Shown: positions 37,959 through 48,148 of the stretch, in pieces
How the letters are laid out: every line of letters begins with the position of its first letter
Numbering within the stretch: the first letter of the stretch is position 1
NCBI GenBank assembly: GCA_001776775.1
Contig: MFDD01000002.1
Location: 37,746 to 101,745 of the forward strand
DNA from: Candidatus Daviesbacteria bacterium RIFCSPHIGHO2_02_FULL_43_12
Lineage (GTDB): Bacteria; Patescibacteriota; Microgenomatia; Daviesbacterales; UBA10151
Reading direction: 5' to 3'
DNA: 64,000 bases
Notes under the pieces: generated by a model
What the model saw: the letters and a program-made list of their open reading frames with translations, nothing else
The model's database searches: none
What the model was told of the DNA's origin: nothing
Made by a program: the position numbers and the translations under genes

Positions 37959-37987
37959 TTGACTATAGGATTAAATCAATCTATAAT
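37959..37987 (+). promoter_or_regulatory. Sigma70 promoter, leaderless
   Basis: TTGACT-17 nt-TATAAT, ATG 6 nt downstream. Confidence 0.8.
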
Positions 37988-37993
37988 CTCAGT

Positions 37994-38437
37994 ATGAAAT
38001 TAGAAGCTCGTATTCAGAGATTCGTACCTAATAGGAGTGGCGAAGGACCAATTTTACAACTGACTACCTCACAGGACGGTTATGAAACTACTAAAAATTA
38101 TCAACACATAGCGGAGATCTCTCAGAGGGCAGAAACTCTGACTAACAGCGGTTTGAAAAGATTAATCATAGGGGCTGGTGCTGCACTGGTTTTGGTTGCA
38201 GGCGCCACTGACCTTATGCTAGAGATGTCAGGAAAACCTACTTTTGGAATAAGGAACCACATTTATGCAGCTGGAGTGTTATTTGCGTCAGCCTTAACTA
38301 CCGCAGTAGCGCTTCCGTCAGGATATAGAACTATTAGAATGGCAGAAAAGATTGGCTACGCTGTCTCAAGATATATCGACAAAAACTACACTAGAGACTA
38401 CGCTGCAGAATCTTCTACAGAGGTCTTAAGTACTTAA
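37994..38437 (+). CDS. Hypothetical two-TM protein between uvrA and uvrB
   Basis: ORF with two hydrophobic segments and its own promoter. Confidence 0.7.
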   Translation: MKLEARIQRFVPNRSGEGPILQLTTSQDGYETTKNYQHIAEISQRAETLTNSGLKRLIIGAGAALVLVAGATDLMLEMSGKPTFGIRNHIYAAGVLFASALTTAVALPSGYRTIRMAEKIGYAVSRYIDKNYTRDYAAESSTEVLST

Positions 38438-40390
38438 TTCTTTTATCTGGTCCCTTAACTTGGCAGCAGTTTCAAAATCCAGTAGTTCGGCCGCTTGTTT
38501 CATCTGTTGTTCTAAATCAGCGACTAATGTTTTACGCACTTCCGGGGGAAGATCACTAATAGATTCAACCTCCGCTCCGATTTGGGCTTCGGTTTTTTCG
38601 ATCAGCCGATCGCGCAGAGCTTTGTGGATCGAGATCGGAGTAATATTATAGTCTATATTATATTGTAGCTGATACTCCCTTCGTCTTTCGACCTCGTCCA
38701 TCGCCGCCTTCATGGACTTGGTAATATTATCGGCGTACATAATCACCTTACCCTCGATATGCCGGGCTGCCCGACCCATGGTTTGGATTAGCGAAGTCCT
38801 CGACCGCAGAAAGCCCTCTTTATCAGCATCTAAAATTACCACCAAAGAAACCTCAGGCAGATCCAAACCTTCTCTCAGCAGATTAATACCCACGATCACA
38901 TCATATTCTCCCAAACGAAGAGCGCTAAGTATATCTGAACGCTCCAGGGTTTTGATATCCGAGTGTAAATAGTTTACCTTCACCCCCTTTTCCGCTAAAT
39001 AGTCGGATAAATCTTCGGCCATACGCTTGGTCAGAGTAGTAATCAAAACTCTTTCTCCTTTTTTGGTCCGGGCTGCTACCTCTTTTAAGACATCGGCAAT
39101 CTGACCTTCGGAGGGGCGAACTTCAATGACCGGGTCAATAATCCCTGTTGGGCGAATCAACTGCTCGGCGATATTACTTGGACCAGCCAGCGACAATTCA
39201 TACTCATCGGGAGTAGCTGAAACATACACAGCTTGGTTGATCCGACGCTGGAATTCGTCAAATTTGAGCGGCCTGTTGTCCAAAGCGCTTGGTAATCTAA
39301 ATCCAAAATCAATTAGAGTTTCTTTGCGGGCTTTGTCGCCGTTATACATGCCTCTAATTTGAGGGAGGGTAATATGCGACTCGTCAATAATTAACAGGTA
39401 ATCCTTGGGGAAGTAGTCCAGTAAAGTGAAGGGGGCAGACCCAGGCTCCCGACCATCGAAATAGCGCGAATAATTTTCGATTCCGTTGCAATAGCCGTAC
39501 TCCTTGATCATCTCCAAATCGTAGTTGGTGCGTTGTGCAATTCTTTGCGCCTCGATGAGTTTTCCGCTGGACTCCAGACTCTTGACTCTGGACGCTAGAT
39601 CCTGCTCTATCTGAGCAATACCCGGTTTTAAACGCTGCTCGGGGGTAATATAGTGTTTAGCAGGGTAAACCGTAAAGATAAAAGGGGTCGGAGTGACACT
39701 ACCGGTTAGAGGATCTAAGTGAGACAATCTTTCGATCTTATCCCCTAAAAACTCTACTCTAATCGCTTGGTCTGTATAAGATGGGAAAATATCCACTGTG
39801 TCTCCGCGAACCCGGTAGGTTGAGCGTTTAAAATCGTAGTCGTTACGGTTATAAAACATTTTAGTTAATAGCTTCATCACCGACTCGATCCCCACTTTAA
39901 CCCCTTGCTTGAGCTCTAATATTGCCCCTCCATACTCGACTGGATTACCAATGTTGTAGATACAAGACACTGAGGCAACCACCACTACGTCTCGGCGGGT
40001 CATCAGGGAAGTGGTGGCAGATAGGCGAAGTTTTTCGATCTCTTCGTTGATTGAAGCATCTTTTTCGATATATGTATCGCTAGAGGGAAGATAGGCCTCT
40101 GGTTGGTAATAATCATAGTAAGAAACAAAATATTCCACCGCATTTTCAGGGAAGATGGAGCGAAATTCTTGGGCTAGTTGTCCGGCTAAAGTCTTGTTAT
40201 GAGAGATAATTAAGGTTGGCTTTTGGACTTTTTGGATCACATTAGCCATGGAAAAGGTCTTTCCCGAACCAGTGACTCCCAGTAAGACTTGATGCTTTTC
40301 GTCACGTTTCAGCCCTTGATAAAGATGCTCAATCGCTTGAGGCTGGTCACCGGTGGGCTGGAAATCTGAGATGATTTTGAAGCTAGGCAT
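38426..40390 (-). CDS. uvrB: Excinuclease ABC subunit B
   Basis: [31 protein letters not shown]-terminal UVR domain. Confidence 0.98.
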   Translation of the reverse strand: MPSFKIISDFQPTGDQPQAIEHLYQGLKRDEKHQVLLGVTGSGKTFSMANVIQKVQKPTLIISHNKTLAGQLAQEFRSIFPENAVEYFVSYYDYYQPEAYLPSSDTYIEKDASINEEIEKLRLSATTSLMTRRDVVVVASVSCIYNIGNPVEYGGAILELKQGVKVGIESVMKLLTKMFYNRNDYDFKRSTYRVRGDTVDIFPSYTDQAIRVEFLGDKIERLSHLDPLTGSVTPTPFIFTVYPAKHYITPEQRLKPGIAQIEQDLASRVKSLESSGKLIEAQRIAQRTNYDLEMIKEYGYCNGIENYSRYFDGREPGSAPFTLLDYFPKDYLLIIDESHITLPQIRGMYNGDKARKETLIDFGFRLPSALDNRPLKFDEFQRRINQAVYVSATPDEYELSLAGPSNIAEQLIRPTGIIDPVIEVRPSEGQIADVLKEVAARTKKGERVLITTLTKRMAEDLSDYLAEKGVKVNYLHSDIKTLERSDILSALRLGEYDVIVGINLLREGLDLPEVSLVVILDADKEGFLRSRTSLIQTMGRAARHIEGKVIMYADNITKSMKAAMDEVERRREYQLQYNIDYNITPISIHKALRDRLIEKTEAQIGAEVESISDLPPEVRKTLVADLEQQMKQAAELLDFETAAKLRDQIKELST

Positions 40391-40404
40391 GATTAAGAAG
40401 TCTT

Positions 40405-40482
40405 TAGTCGGTAGCTTTTAGCCATTAGCCAGACAAAAAGCTGCTAGCTAAGAGCTCCTGACTAAGAGCTAATAGCTATTTT
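40405..40482. repeat. Inverted heptamer arrays TAGCNNN / CTANNAG in the uvrB 5' leader
   Basis: tagtcgg tagcttt tagccat tagccag ... ctgctag ctaagag ctcctga ctaagag ctaatag. Confidence 0.75.
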
Positions 40483-40506
40483 ACCACAACACAAACTTTA
40501 CCCGAA
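40478..40506 (-). promoter_or_regulatory. uvrB promoter (TGgTAAAAT) with candidate LexA box at 40492-40506
   Basis: Plus strand CAAA-cttta-CCCGAA overlapping the -35 position. Confidence 0.65.
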
Positions 40507-40527
40507 TAGCTTATCCGGAGCAAGCAA

Positions 40528-42078
40528 ATGTTGACAAAAATGATATACTTATCCAACTTGATGGTAACCAAACAACCATTGCAGATATTTGCTCTTCGGT
40601 TATTTCTTTCCTTAGTTCTAACTCTGCTCTACTTTGTATTCTTAATGGGTGGTTCTTGGGGGCTGGGATTTACAGTGATTAACCTGCTCTTTCTCGGAGC
40701 CTTGGTCATCCAAAGGCCGGAGCTTCTTAGCAAACCGCGCAATTTGGTTTTTTTGGGAGCGAGTATCGCTATCTCTCTGTTTTTTAGCTTTCGGGCTTTT
40801 TATCTTGGGCAATGGATCAATCAAGGGCTAATTATTGTCCTTAACTCGCTGTTGGTGCTGAACCCGCAGGGGGATCTAAGTCTGAAGGATTGCCTAACGG
40901 CACCTATTTATCTTTTTTTCCGTTCTTTGGTTGAATGGCCGGAAAATATTCTGACGATAAAAACTTACCTATTCCATCAGAAAACGGCGGGTTTTGGACA
41001 AAAGCTGAAGTTGGCGTTCTCTGGTGTAGTCATCGCTATCCCGCTCTTGGCTATTTTTCTGGTTCTTTTTCTAAATGCCGATCCCCTCTTCCAGCATTAC
41101 TTTAACTCTCTGCTTCCCAAAGACTTTTACCTGGATATTGAATTAATCTCCAAGATTATTCAACTCGGGTTTGTTTTTGCGCTCTTTTCTACTGGGTTTC
41201 GTCAGCACACCGGCCAACCTGCGACATCCTCCTGGCTAGACCAGGTCATGCAAAATCGCCGGGAAATCGCCTCAGCCTGTGTTTTTATTATTATTTTAAC
41301 CGGAACATTTCTCGCAGTCCAGGCACAGTACTTATTTGCCACCGAGGAGTTATTAAAACAAATGGGGGTAATGCTCTCGGAATACACTAGAAGGGGTTAT
41401 ACCGAGCTTTTGCTGGTTAGCTCGATTAGCCTGTCGCTAATACTAATTATTACTCATCGAGCTCGGGAAATCTCTCAAAGTTGGATAAAGATGGTAGCTT
41501 GGGTATTTATATTAGAAGTGTTTCTGCTGCTGCTATCTGCCAGCAGACGGGTTTATCTTTACCAAGAGGCCCATGGATTTACCTTGATTCGGATTTTAGG
41601 GATATTATTTAGCATCTGGTTGACCGGTACCCTGGGTATCTTTGCTCTCAAGCTCTGGGGACGATTGAAAGAAAAAACCTTGATCTTGGCTTTACTTATT
41701 AACACAATCGTAGTAGTTTTTTTAATGAATATTCTAAATCCGGACTATACTATTGCCGTAATTAGAAAACCCAATCTTGGTTACGGCATTGATTACCGTT
41801 ATATCACCGGACTCTCGGCAGATGGATATGCAGGCTGGGAAGAGGCCTTAACTGCCATGGAGAACAAATCCCCCTGCGAAGGAGAGGTTGGAGCGGTCGC
41901 TTCTCGGCTACGGCAAAAGCATACCGAATTTCAAGCTGATGCTAAAAATAACTGGCACAACTTTGGATCCTGGAAACTGTCCGAACAAAATGCAAATAAC
42001 TACATCCAAGACAACTACAAGCGCATTATGCAACTGACCGAGGAAAATTTAGCCTGCCAAAGCGAAGGTCCCAGATAG
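40528..42078 (+). CDS. DUF4153/DUF4173 family membrane protein
   Basis: LFLNADPLF, SEYTRRGYTELL, SASRRVYLYQEAHGFTLIR; start uncertain. Confidence 0.85.
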   Translation: MLTKMIYLSNLMVTKQPLQIFALRLFLSLVLTLLYFVFLMGGSWGLGFTVINLLFLGALVIQRPELLSKPRNLVFLGASIAISLFFSFRAFYLGQWINQGLIIVLNSLLVLNPQGDLSLKDCLTAPIYLFFRSLVEWPENILTIKTYLFHQKTAGFGQKLKLAFSGVVIAIPLLAIFLVLFLNADPLFQHYFNSLLPKDFYLDIELISKIIQLGFVFALFSTGFRQHTGQPATSSWLDQVMQNRREIASACVFIIILTGTFLAVQAQYLFATEELLKQMGVMLSEYTRRGYTELLLVSSISLSLILIITHRAREISQSWIKMVAWVFILEVFLLLLSASRRVYLYQEAHGFTLIRILGILFSIWLTGTLGIFALKLWGRLKEKTLILALLINTIVVVFLMNILNPDYTIAVIRKPNLGYGIDYRYITGLSADGYAGWEEALTAMENKSPCEGEVGAVASRLRQKHTEFQADAKNNWHNFGSWKLSEQNANNYIQDNYKRIMQLTEENLACQSEGPR

Positions 42079-42236
42079 CTCTTACAAAGCTATTGCGCAA
42101 CCCTCAGATAACTATCATTAAACCAAGTTAGTATCTAATCTGACAGGGTGGAGTATAGATTGATCTATTTTCAAGATTAGGAAAAGGGTTTACAATCTGT
42201 ACTGGATCTTAATTTAAATTAAAAGGAGGTGATTTT

Positions 42237-42437
42237 ATGGCTTTTAAATATACTAACAAAAAGGGTACTGATTATTACCTCCACACCCAACAAGTGACAC
42301 TTCGGGGAAGCGGTAAGCAACAAACTATTTATTTCTTCGCTCGCGAAGTCAGAAACGGCTCTCTGGATGCTGTTCCAGCTGGATATACAGTCGTAGAGAA
42401 CGACCGGACTGGATTACCCATCCTCAAAAAAGCATAG
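42237..42437 (+). CDS. Small conserved hypothetical protein (66 aa)
   Basis: Strong SD AAGGAGGTGA, own terminator; YTNKKG..YYLH, PAGYTVVEN.RTGLP. Confidence 0.88.
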   Translation: MAFKYTNKKGTDYYLHTQQVTLRGSGKQQTIYFFAREVRNGSLDAVPAGYTVVENDRTGLPILKKA

Positions 42438-42449
42438 TCAATGCTTTCT

Positions 42450-42478
42450 AAAGAGGCTTCGCAAGAAGCCTCTTTTTT
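42450..42478 (+). terminator. Rho-independent terminator
   Basis: aaagaggcttc-gcaa-gaagcctcttttt. Confidence 0.9.
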
Positions 42479-42707
42479 GGTTCTTTAACCCCCCAGTACT
42501 AGCTATCTCACGCAACTCTTACTCAAACTTAAAGCTCCTCTTATCGAGACAAGCTAATATAGACAAAATAAAACCAATGCTAAATAAATTATTCATTAAA
42601 TTAATGCGCAGAAAGAAGTCTGCACCAAAAGTAATTACTTTAAGTGCTGTTTTGGAAAATGCGATCAAAATGAAAGCTGTCTCATCCGGGGGGAGGCTTA
42701 AAATCGC

Positions 42708-42929
42708 ATGATCGGCACCTATTCTCAAAGCGATATTGTTTTTAATCCAAGTAAATCTTCGATCAAAAGTCATGAATTAGGATTTTTGATTTTTCTATTA
42801 GTGCTGGTGGTGAGTGTTTTTGCTTTCTTCTATATCGGCCTAAACCGAGTCAGCCAAGGAGATTTTGGTGAAAGCATTCAGCGAGAACAAACTAAAGATA
42901 CTCCCCGCTTTGTTTCGATTGTTGTTTAG
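42708..42929 (+). CDS. Small single-TM protein
   Basis: GGAGG upstream, one hydrophobic helix. Confidence 0.55.
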   Translation: MIGTYSQSDIVFNPSKSSIKSHELGFLIFLLVLVVSVFAFFYIGLNRVSQGDFGESIQREQTKDTPRFVSIVV

Positions 42930-43121
42930 TTAGCGGAAGTTAAAAGTTACTACTCCGCGAAGCTAACAATTCTACAGATCGTAAAAAAATAGATCCTAAG
43001 ATTTTATTACAAAGATTATCTCCTTTTAATTAACTTCTTCCAGAGTACTTACATATCTCTTACAAAATCTCTTAGTTTCTAAGTTTGACCTTGGTTTTCG
43101 GCTTTGTTAGACTGCCACCCG

Positions 43122-44639
43122 ATGCCTCTGACCCCTATTGATACACCTGTTAAAAGACTTGCGAGTTTCTTGGCTAAAAAAAAGAATCGTTATCGAATGG
43201 CCGTTGTGGTGGATATTTTCTTGATGTCTATCATCCTCATAAACGGAGCTAGGCCGGCCCAGAGGTTTATTCAACCTTTGGTGGAGCAATCGTTAATTAG
43301 CGCCAACCAACAGATGAGGACTATCTTTAATCCAACTATAGCTCCAAAAACTACCAAAGAAGTATTTGCCTTTGTGCCAGGTTCTTCGAATAAAGACTTA
43401 AACCTAGCTCTTGACAGTCTGCATACCCTAGCTTACTTTGACTTGCCGGTCCTTGAAGACGGAAGTTTAAATAAAGCAAGTATGGGGTATCGGTCTTTTT
43501 TCTCGGATGGGCCAATATTACTGGAATATGCCCACCAGCATAACGCCAAAGTTGATCTGACTTTTAGTATGTATAATGAGGATATTAATGGTTTCCTCGA
43601 TAATTCCAGCGCGATCCAGGTATTTACTAAAGAGTCTATCCAGCAGGTAAAAGACAGCGGGGTGGATGGGGTAACATTGGTCTTTGAATACCAAGGCCAA
43701 ACCAACCGAGAAAGTCAGCAAAAATTTACCAGTTTTATCAATGATTATACTCAAGCAGTGCATCAGGAATTACCTCTGGCTCAGGTCCACTTAGCTTTAG
43801 CTGATAATATTCCCGAACATTCTCTTTATAATCTAAAAAACCTAAGTCAGGTTGTAGATAGAATCTTTGTAATAGCTAGCAGCTTCCCTGTTCCTGAATC
43901 TCAAAATGGCCATCCGACTAGCCCTACATATGGATCTATTCCCAGTCGGTATTGGGGGGAGGTGGGAAAAGCTTTAGATAACTTTGCCCGTTTCATGCCT
44001 TCTGACAAACTCGTCATGGAAACTGCCTGGTACGGAGATGGCGATCACTATCCGTTGTATGTTCCCAAAAGCCAGCCCGACCCCATCGGTGAGACCCACA
44101 ACCCGGTCAAAACCCTCGACAAGGATCTATTAGACCGACTGGTCTCTCAAGTTCCCGCTAAGGCTAGGGGTGCGGCCAGACGAAATATTCCGTTTATTGT
44201 TAAAGCTTTGGAAGAAGAAGGTATTTTCGATTCAAACGTTTTGTCTTATGCCTTAGCCACCATTGAGCATGAAACAGATAGTACTTTTGAACCAATTGAA
44301 GAGATCCAGGGTTCGATTAGTGCTCGCAGACTCGGTTATGAAGGAGGAAAAAATTACTTTGGTCGCGGATTTATCCAGTTAACTCATCTGCGCAACTACC
44401 GCATGATAGGCCAAAGGCTCGGGATGGGAGACCAGCTTGTGGATCATCCGGAACTGGCCTCTGAGCCAGAAGTAGCGGCCAAAGTTTTGGCTGCTTTTTT
44501 TAAAGACAATGACATCGCCAGAAGGGCCAGTAACGGAGACTTTGTCAGTGCTCGCTCTCCGGTAAACCCGGATCGTAACGGCTACCGCGTTGCCAAGATG
44601 GCTTACCGGTATGAAAGCGAAATGGAACTGAATTACTAA
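43122..44639 (+). CDS. Membrane-anchored GH18-like + GH19 (chitinase/lysozyme-like) fusion
   Basis: Degenerate GVDGVTLVFEY GH18 motif; YALATIEHET and YFGRGFIQLTHLRNY GH19 motifs. Confidence 0.8.
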   Translation: MPLTPIDTPVKRLASFLAKKKNRYRMAVVVDIFLMSIILINGARPAQRFIQPLVEQSLISANQQMRTIFNPTIAPKTTKEVFAFVPGSSNKDLNLALDSLHTLAYFDLPVLEDGSLNKASMGYRSFFSDGPILLEYAHQHNAKVDLTFSMYNEDINGFLDNSSAIQVFTKESIQQVKDSGVDGVTLVFEYQGQTNRESQQKFTSFINDYTQAVHQELPLAQVHLALADNIPEHSLYNLKNLSQVVDRIFVIASSFPVPESQNGHPTSPTYGSIPSRYWGEVGKALDNFARFMPSDKLVMETAWYGDGDHYPLYVPKSQPDPIGETHNPVKTLDKDLLDRLVSQVPAKARGAARRNIPFIVKALEEEGIFDSNVLSYALATIEHETDSTFEPIEEIQGSISARRLGYEGGKNYFGRGFIQLTHLRNYRMIGQRLGMGDQLVDHPELASEPEVAAKVLAAFFKDNDIARRASNGDFVSARSPVNPDRNGYRVAKMAYRYESEMELNY

Positions 44640-44640
44640 A

Positions 44641-45735
44641 ATGAATATAAGGCTAAGTACTAAAATAAAGGCATTTTTAATCAGCTTCTTAGCCGTTTTT
44701 TTGATGGTAGTCTTGCCCCACCTTGGACTAACTATGCGTAATATTGCCAATCAGGCTTGTGTTATAGCTCGCCGCCTTGGCTGGATCGGCTGCAAAACAG
44801 GTATGCTTAGTCCCCTGCCTCTTAAACCCGACCCCATGTTAAGAGTCCGACCTCAACTGCAAAAAAACATTAAAATCTTTGCGCTAAAGCGGCCCACAAG
44901 TTTTATTTCTCAAGCCTTTGCCGGAGAGGATTTTCAACAGGCCAAATCTTATATCGTTTTAGATATGGACTCCGGAGAGATACTCAAAGAGAAAGATGGA
45001 ACTTCTATATTTCCCATGGCTTCTCTGACTAAAGTGATGACCGCCATGGTCGCACTTGACTTGGCTTCCCCTCAAGAAGTCTTTAGTGTCTCCGAAACTG
45101 CCTATCGGATCGAACCAACCCGGTTTGCCTTTGATATTGGCGAGAAATTGACCCTCGAGGAGCTGCTCAACGGGATGCTGCTGACATCAGCCAATGACTG
45201 TGCTCAGATTATTCGAGAAGGTATTGACCAAAAGTTTGGAAATCAGGTTTTTATCAAAGCCATGAATGAAAAAGCCAAGCTTTTGGGACTAAAAGACACC
45301 AATTTCCAGAATCCTCAGGGTTTTGATGATACTGCCCACTTTAGTAGCGTTGAAAACTTAGGCCTAATGTCCCGCTTTGCCCTAAATAATTACCCCCTGA
45401 TCGCGGAGATTACCAAAAAGGACCATGAATTTTATAGTAAAAATACCGATCACCAGGAGGTGTATATGAATAATTGGAACGGATTGATCGGTGTTTACCC
45501 GGGTGTCTTTGGGGTAAAAATTGGTAATACCGGCCTGGCCGGGCATACAACGGTGGTTGCCGCCGAAAGAGCCGGGCATCGATTGCTTACTGTGGTTCTA
45601 GGAGCTCCGGGAATAATCGAAAGAGACCTCTGGGCATCTAAGCTGTTGGATCTTGGTTTCGCAAGATTTGGACTACAGCCAATTAACGTGACCCAGCAAG
45701 ATTTAAGAGAAAAGTACGCTACCTGGAAATATTAG
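44641..45735 (+). CDS. D-Ala-D-Ala carboxypeptidase (S11, DacA-like)
   Basis: MASLTK (SxxK), SAND (SxN), GVKIG (KTG variant). Confidence 0.92.
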   Translation: MNIRLSTKIKAFLISFLAVFLMVVLPHLGLTMRNIANQACVIARRLGWIGCKTGMLSPLPLKPDPMLRVRPQLQKNIKIFALKRPTSFISQAFAGEDFQQAKSYIVLDMDSGEILKEKDGTSIFPMASLTKVMTAMVALDLASPQEVFSVSETAYRIEPTRFAFDIGEKLTLEELLNGMLLTSANDCAQIIREGIDQKFGNQVFIKAMNEKAKLLGLKDTNFQNPQGFDDTAHFSSVENLGLMSRFALNNYPLIAEITKKDHEFYSKNTDHQEVYMNNWNGLIGVYPGVFGVKIGNTGLAGHTTVVAAERAGHRLLTVVLGAPGIIERDLWASKLLDLGFARFGLQPINVTQQDLREKYATWKY

Positions 45736-45817
45736 TCAGTTCACAGTGAACTACACTCTTACTTAGCTCTGACTTCACTCTCACCTTAAGCAAGCAATAA
45801 ATCTTTAAACTATATTT

Positions 45818-47959
45818 ATGGGTCGGTTAATAAGAGCCCTGTTCAACTTTTTAAAAGAGCCAATTTTCGCCCTATTACTAGCCTTCGCCTCTATAGCAGC
45901 CTTTATTCCTGTCCTGACCTATGCCTATTTTGCCAATACCCTGGTCAGTACGGATGCAATTATGAACAAAAATAAGACTGGCCTAATCCTGAAAGATAGA
46001 ACCGGTAAACCCTTCTTTAAATTTTACGATGCCAGGGCCCAAGAGTTTGTACCCCTCTCGGAGATTCCCCAGCTGTTTCAGGAAGCTATTATCTCCGCCG
46101 AGGATAAGGAATTCTATAACCACCCTGGTTTTTCGATCAAAGGCATAATAGGGGCCATTTTAGCCGATATTAAGCATAGAAATTTGTCTTACGGAGGTTC
46201 CACTATTACCCAGCAGCTAGTGAAGAACTCTCTACTTACTTCCAAGAGAACTTTTTTACGCAAATACCAGGAGCTGATTCTCGCTCAGGAGATCGAACGG
46301 AGGTACTCCAAGCCAGAGATTTTGGAGATGTACCTTAATTCAGTATATTTCGGGGAAGGGGCTTTTGGAGCAGAGTCGGCAGCTAAGACCTATTTTACTA
46401 AGTCAGTTAAGGATTTGAGTCTGTCCGAGTCGAGTATGTTGGCTGGTATTATTACCGCGCCCTCTTATCTTTCACCTATCTCAGGAGACCCTGATGAAGC
46501 CAAAAAAAGACAAGCCTATATTCTAGGTGAAATGGTTCAAAATAACTATATTTCTGATGCCGATAGGCAGGCGGCTCTGGGCGAGGAGCTAACCTTTAGT
46601 AAAAATCCGACTCCTTTTGACTTTCAGGCACCCCATTTTGCCCTGATGGTCAGAGATGAGCTGATTCAAAAATATGGTGAAGAGGAGGTGGCCAGATCTG
46701 GTTTTGTAGTCACGACGACGTTGGATTTGGATTGGCAAAGATATGCAGAGAACGTAGTCAAAGAGCAGGTTGAATCGTTGGCTAAAAACGGCGTCACCAA
46801 TGGAGCGGTAGTGGTCATCGACCCTAAAACGGGGCAGATTAGAACTTTGGTTGGTAGTGTCAGTTGGTATAACGACAAGTTTGGCAAAGTTAATATCGCC
46901 TCCTCCTCCAGGCAACCCGGTTCATCATTCAAACCACTAGTATATATGACAGCTCTGGAAGATCATCTGATCACCCCTGCCACCCTGCTGAAGGACAATC
47001 CAACCACCTTTAAGATGCCCCTGGGGTCACCTCCTTACCGCCCGCGTAACTACGATGGCAGGTTCCGGGGCCCAGTTTTGGTCCGACGAGCCTTGGCAAA
47101 CTCTCTTAATGTCCCGGCAGTACAGGTCATGGAGATGGTGGGAGTACCCCAAGTTCTCGAGATGGCAAGTAGGCTGGGACTAACTACTCTCCAAGATCCA
47201 AGTGATTACGGACTATCGATGGTGCTAGGAGCAGGTGAGGTGAAGTTATTGGAAATGACCAACGCCTATGCTACGTTGGCCAATCGTGGTGTCTTTAATC
47301 CGCCAAGCACTATTCTGGAGATTAAAGACAAGATGGACAAAAAGATCTTTACCTTTGAAGAGCAGCCTAAAAAAGTTATTGACCCAGAGTACCCTTTTTT
47401 AATCTCTTCGATACTCTCGGATAACAGCATCCGCACAGAGGTCTTTGGCCAGTCGTTAGATATTTCCCGGCCAGCCGCTGTTAAAACAGGTACTAGTGAA
47501 AACTACAAGGACTCGTTAACTCTAGGGTATACCCCATCTTTAACTATTGGTGTTTGGGTGGGCAACAATGACGGGACATCAATGGATCGGGTTGCGGGGT
47601 CCTTGGGAGCGGCTCCTATATGGCGAAAATTAATGGAGAAGTTTTTGGAGGGAACCCCTGTTGAGAAGTTCGAACTACCAGCGAACATTGTTTCCAAACC
47701 AGTCTGTCGGTCAAATGGGCTGCTAGCAAAAGAATCAACTTCTGCTGCCTACCTTGAATATTTTGCAGAGGGAACTGATCCAGTCAAAACTTGCAGCGGA
47801 GGTGCACACACTCCGCTGGAAACTCCATCGGCCTCTCCAACCCCGGCTCAGAGTACCCCCACCCCTCCAGTGTCTCCTAGCCCTCAGGCCGCTAGTGAGG
47901 GACAAACCCAAACCATTAATATCCAAGTACGAGGTGGTAAACAAAAAAGAATTAATTAA
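45818..47959 (+). CDS. Class A penicillin-binding protein (PBP1A family)
   Basis: AEDKEFYNH, GGSTITQQLVKN, PGSSFKP, SLN, KTGT. Confidence 0.96.
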   Translation: MGRLIRALFNFLKEPIFALLLAFASIAAFIPVLTYAYFANTLVSTDAIMNKNKTGLILKDRTGKPFFKFYDARAQEFVPLSEIPQLFQEAIISAEDKEFYNHPGFSIKGIIGAILADIKHRNLSYGGSTITQQLVKNSLLTSKRTFLRKYQELILAQEIERRYSKPEILEMYLNSVYFGEGAFGAESAAKTYFTKSVKDLSLSESSMLAGIITAPSYLSPISGDPDEAKKRQAYILGEMVQNNYISDADRQAALGEELTFSKNPTPFDFQAPHFALMVRDELIQKYGEEEVARSGFVVTTTLDLDWQRYAENVVKEQVESLAKNGVTNGAVVVIDPKTGQIRTLVGSVSWYNDKFGKVNIASSSRQPGSSFKPLVYMTALEDHLITPATLLKDNPTTFKMPLGSPPYRPRNYDGRFRGPVLVRRALANSLNVPAVQVMEMVGVPQVLEMASRLGLTTLQDPSDYGLSMVLGAGEVKLLEMTNAYATLANRGVFNPPSTILEIKDKMDKKIFTFEEQPKKVIDPEYPFLISSILSDNSIRTEVFGQSLDISRPAAVKTGTSENYKDSLTLGYTPSLTIGVWVGNNDGTSMDRVAGSLGAAPIWRKLMEKFLEGTPVEKFELPANIVSKPVCRSNGLLAKESTSAAYLEYFAEGTDPVKTCSGGAHTPLETPSASPTPAQSTPTPPVSPSPQAASEGQTQTINIQVRGGKQKRIN

Positions 47960-48000
47960 TTTAGCCGGACATCCGCTTCGACAAAGCTCAGCGAGGCGAG

Positions 48001-48054
48001 CCTTCAAGGCCCGCCTGCCATGCAGGGATTGCGGGCAGTTGGAAGGCTAAATAT
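48001..48054. repeat. 54-bp hairpin element, copy 2
   Basis: 51/54 identical to 37842-37895; ccttc..gcccgc..ctgc-cat-gcag..gcgggc..gaagg. Confidence 0.9.
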
Positions 48055-48060
48055 GATAGG

Positions 48061-48114
48061 CGAATAAAGCCCGAAATTGGTATATTGACAGGTTCGGGTT
48101 TGCTTTGGTATATT
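48061..48114 (+). promoter_or_regulatory. lexA promoter with two candidate LexA boxes (48061-75, 48093-107)
   Basis: CGAA-taaag-CCCGAA; TTGACA-18 nt-TATATT enclosing TTCGGG-tttgc-TTTG. Confidence 0.8.
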
Positions 48115-48148
48115 GGATAAAGTTCACCTTGCAAATACCAATAAATAT

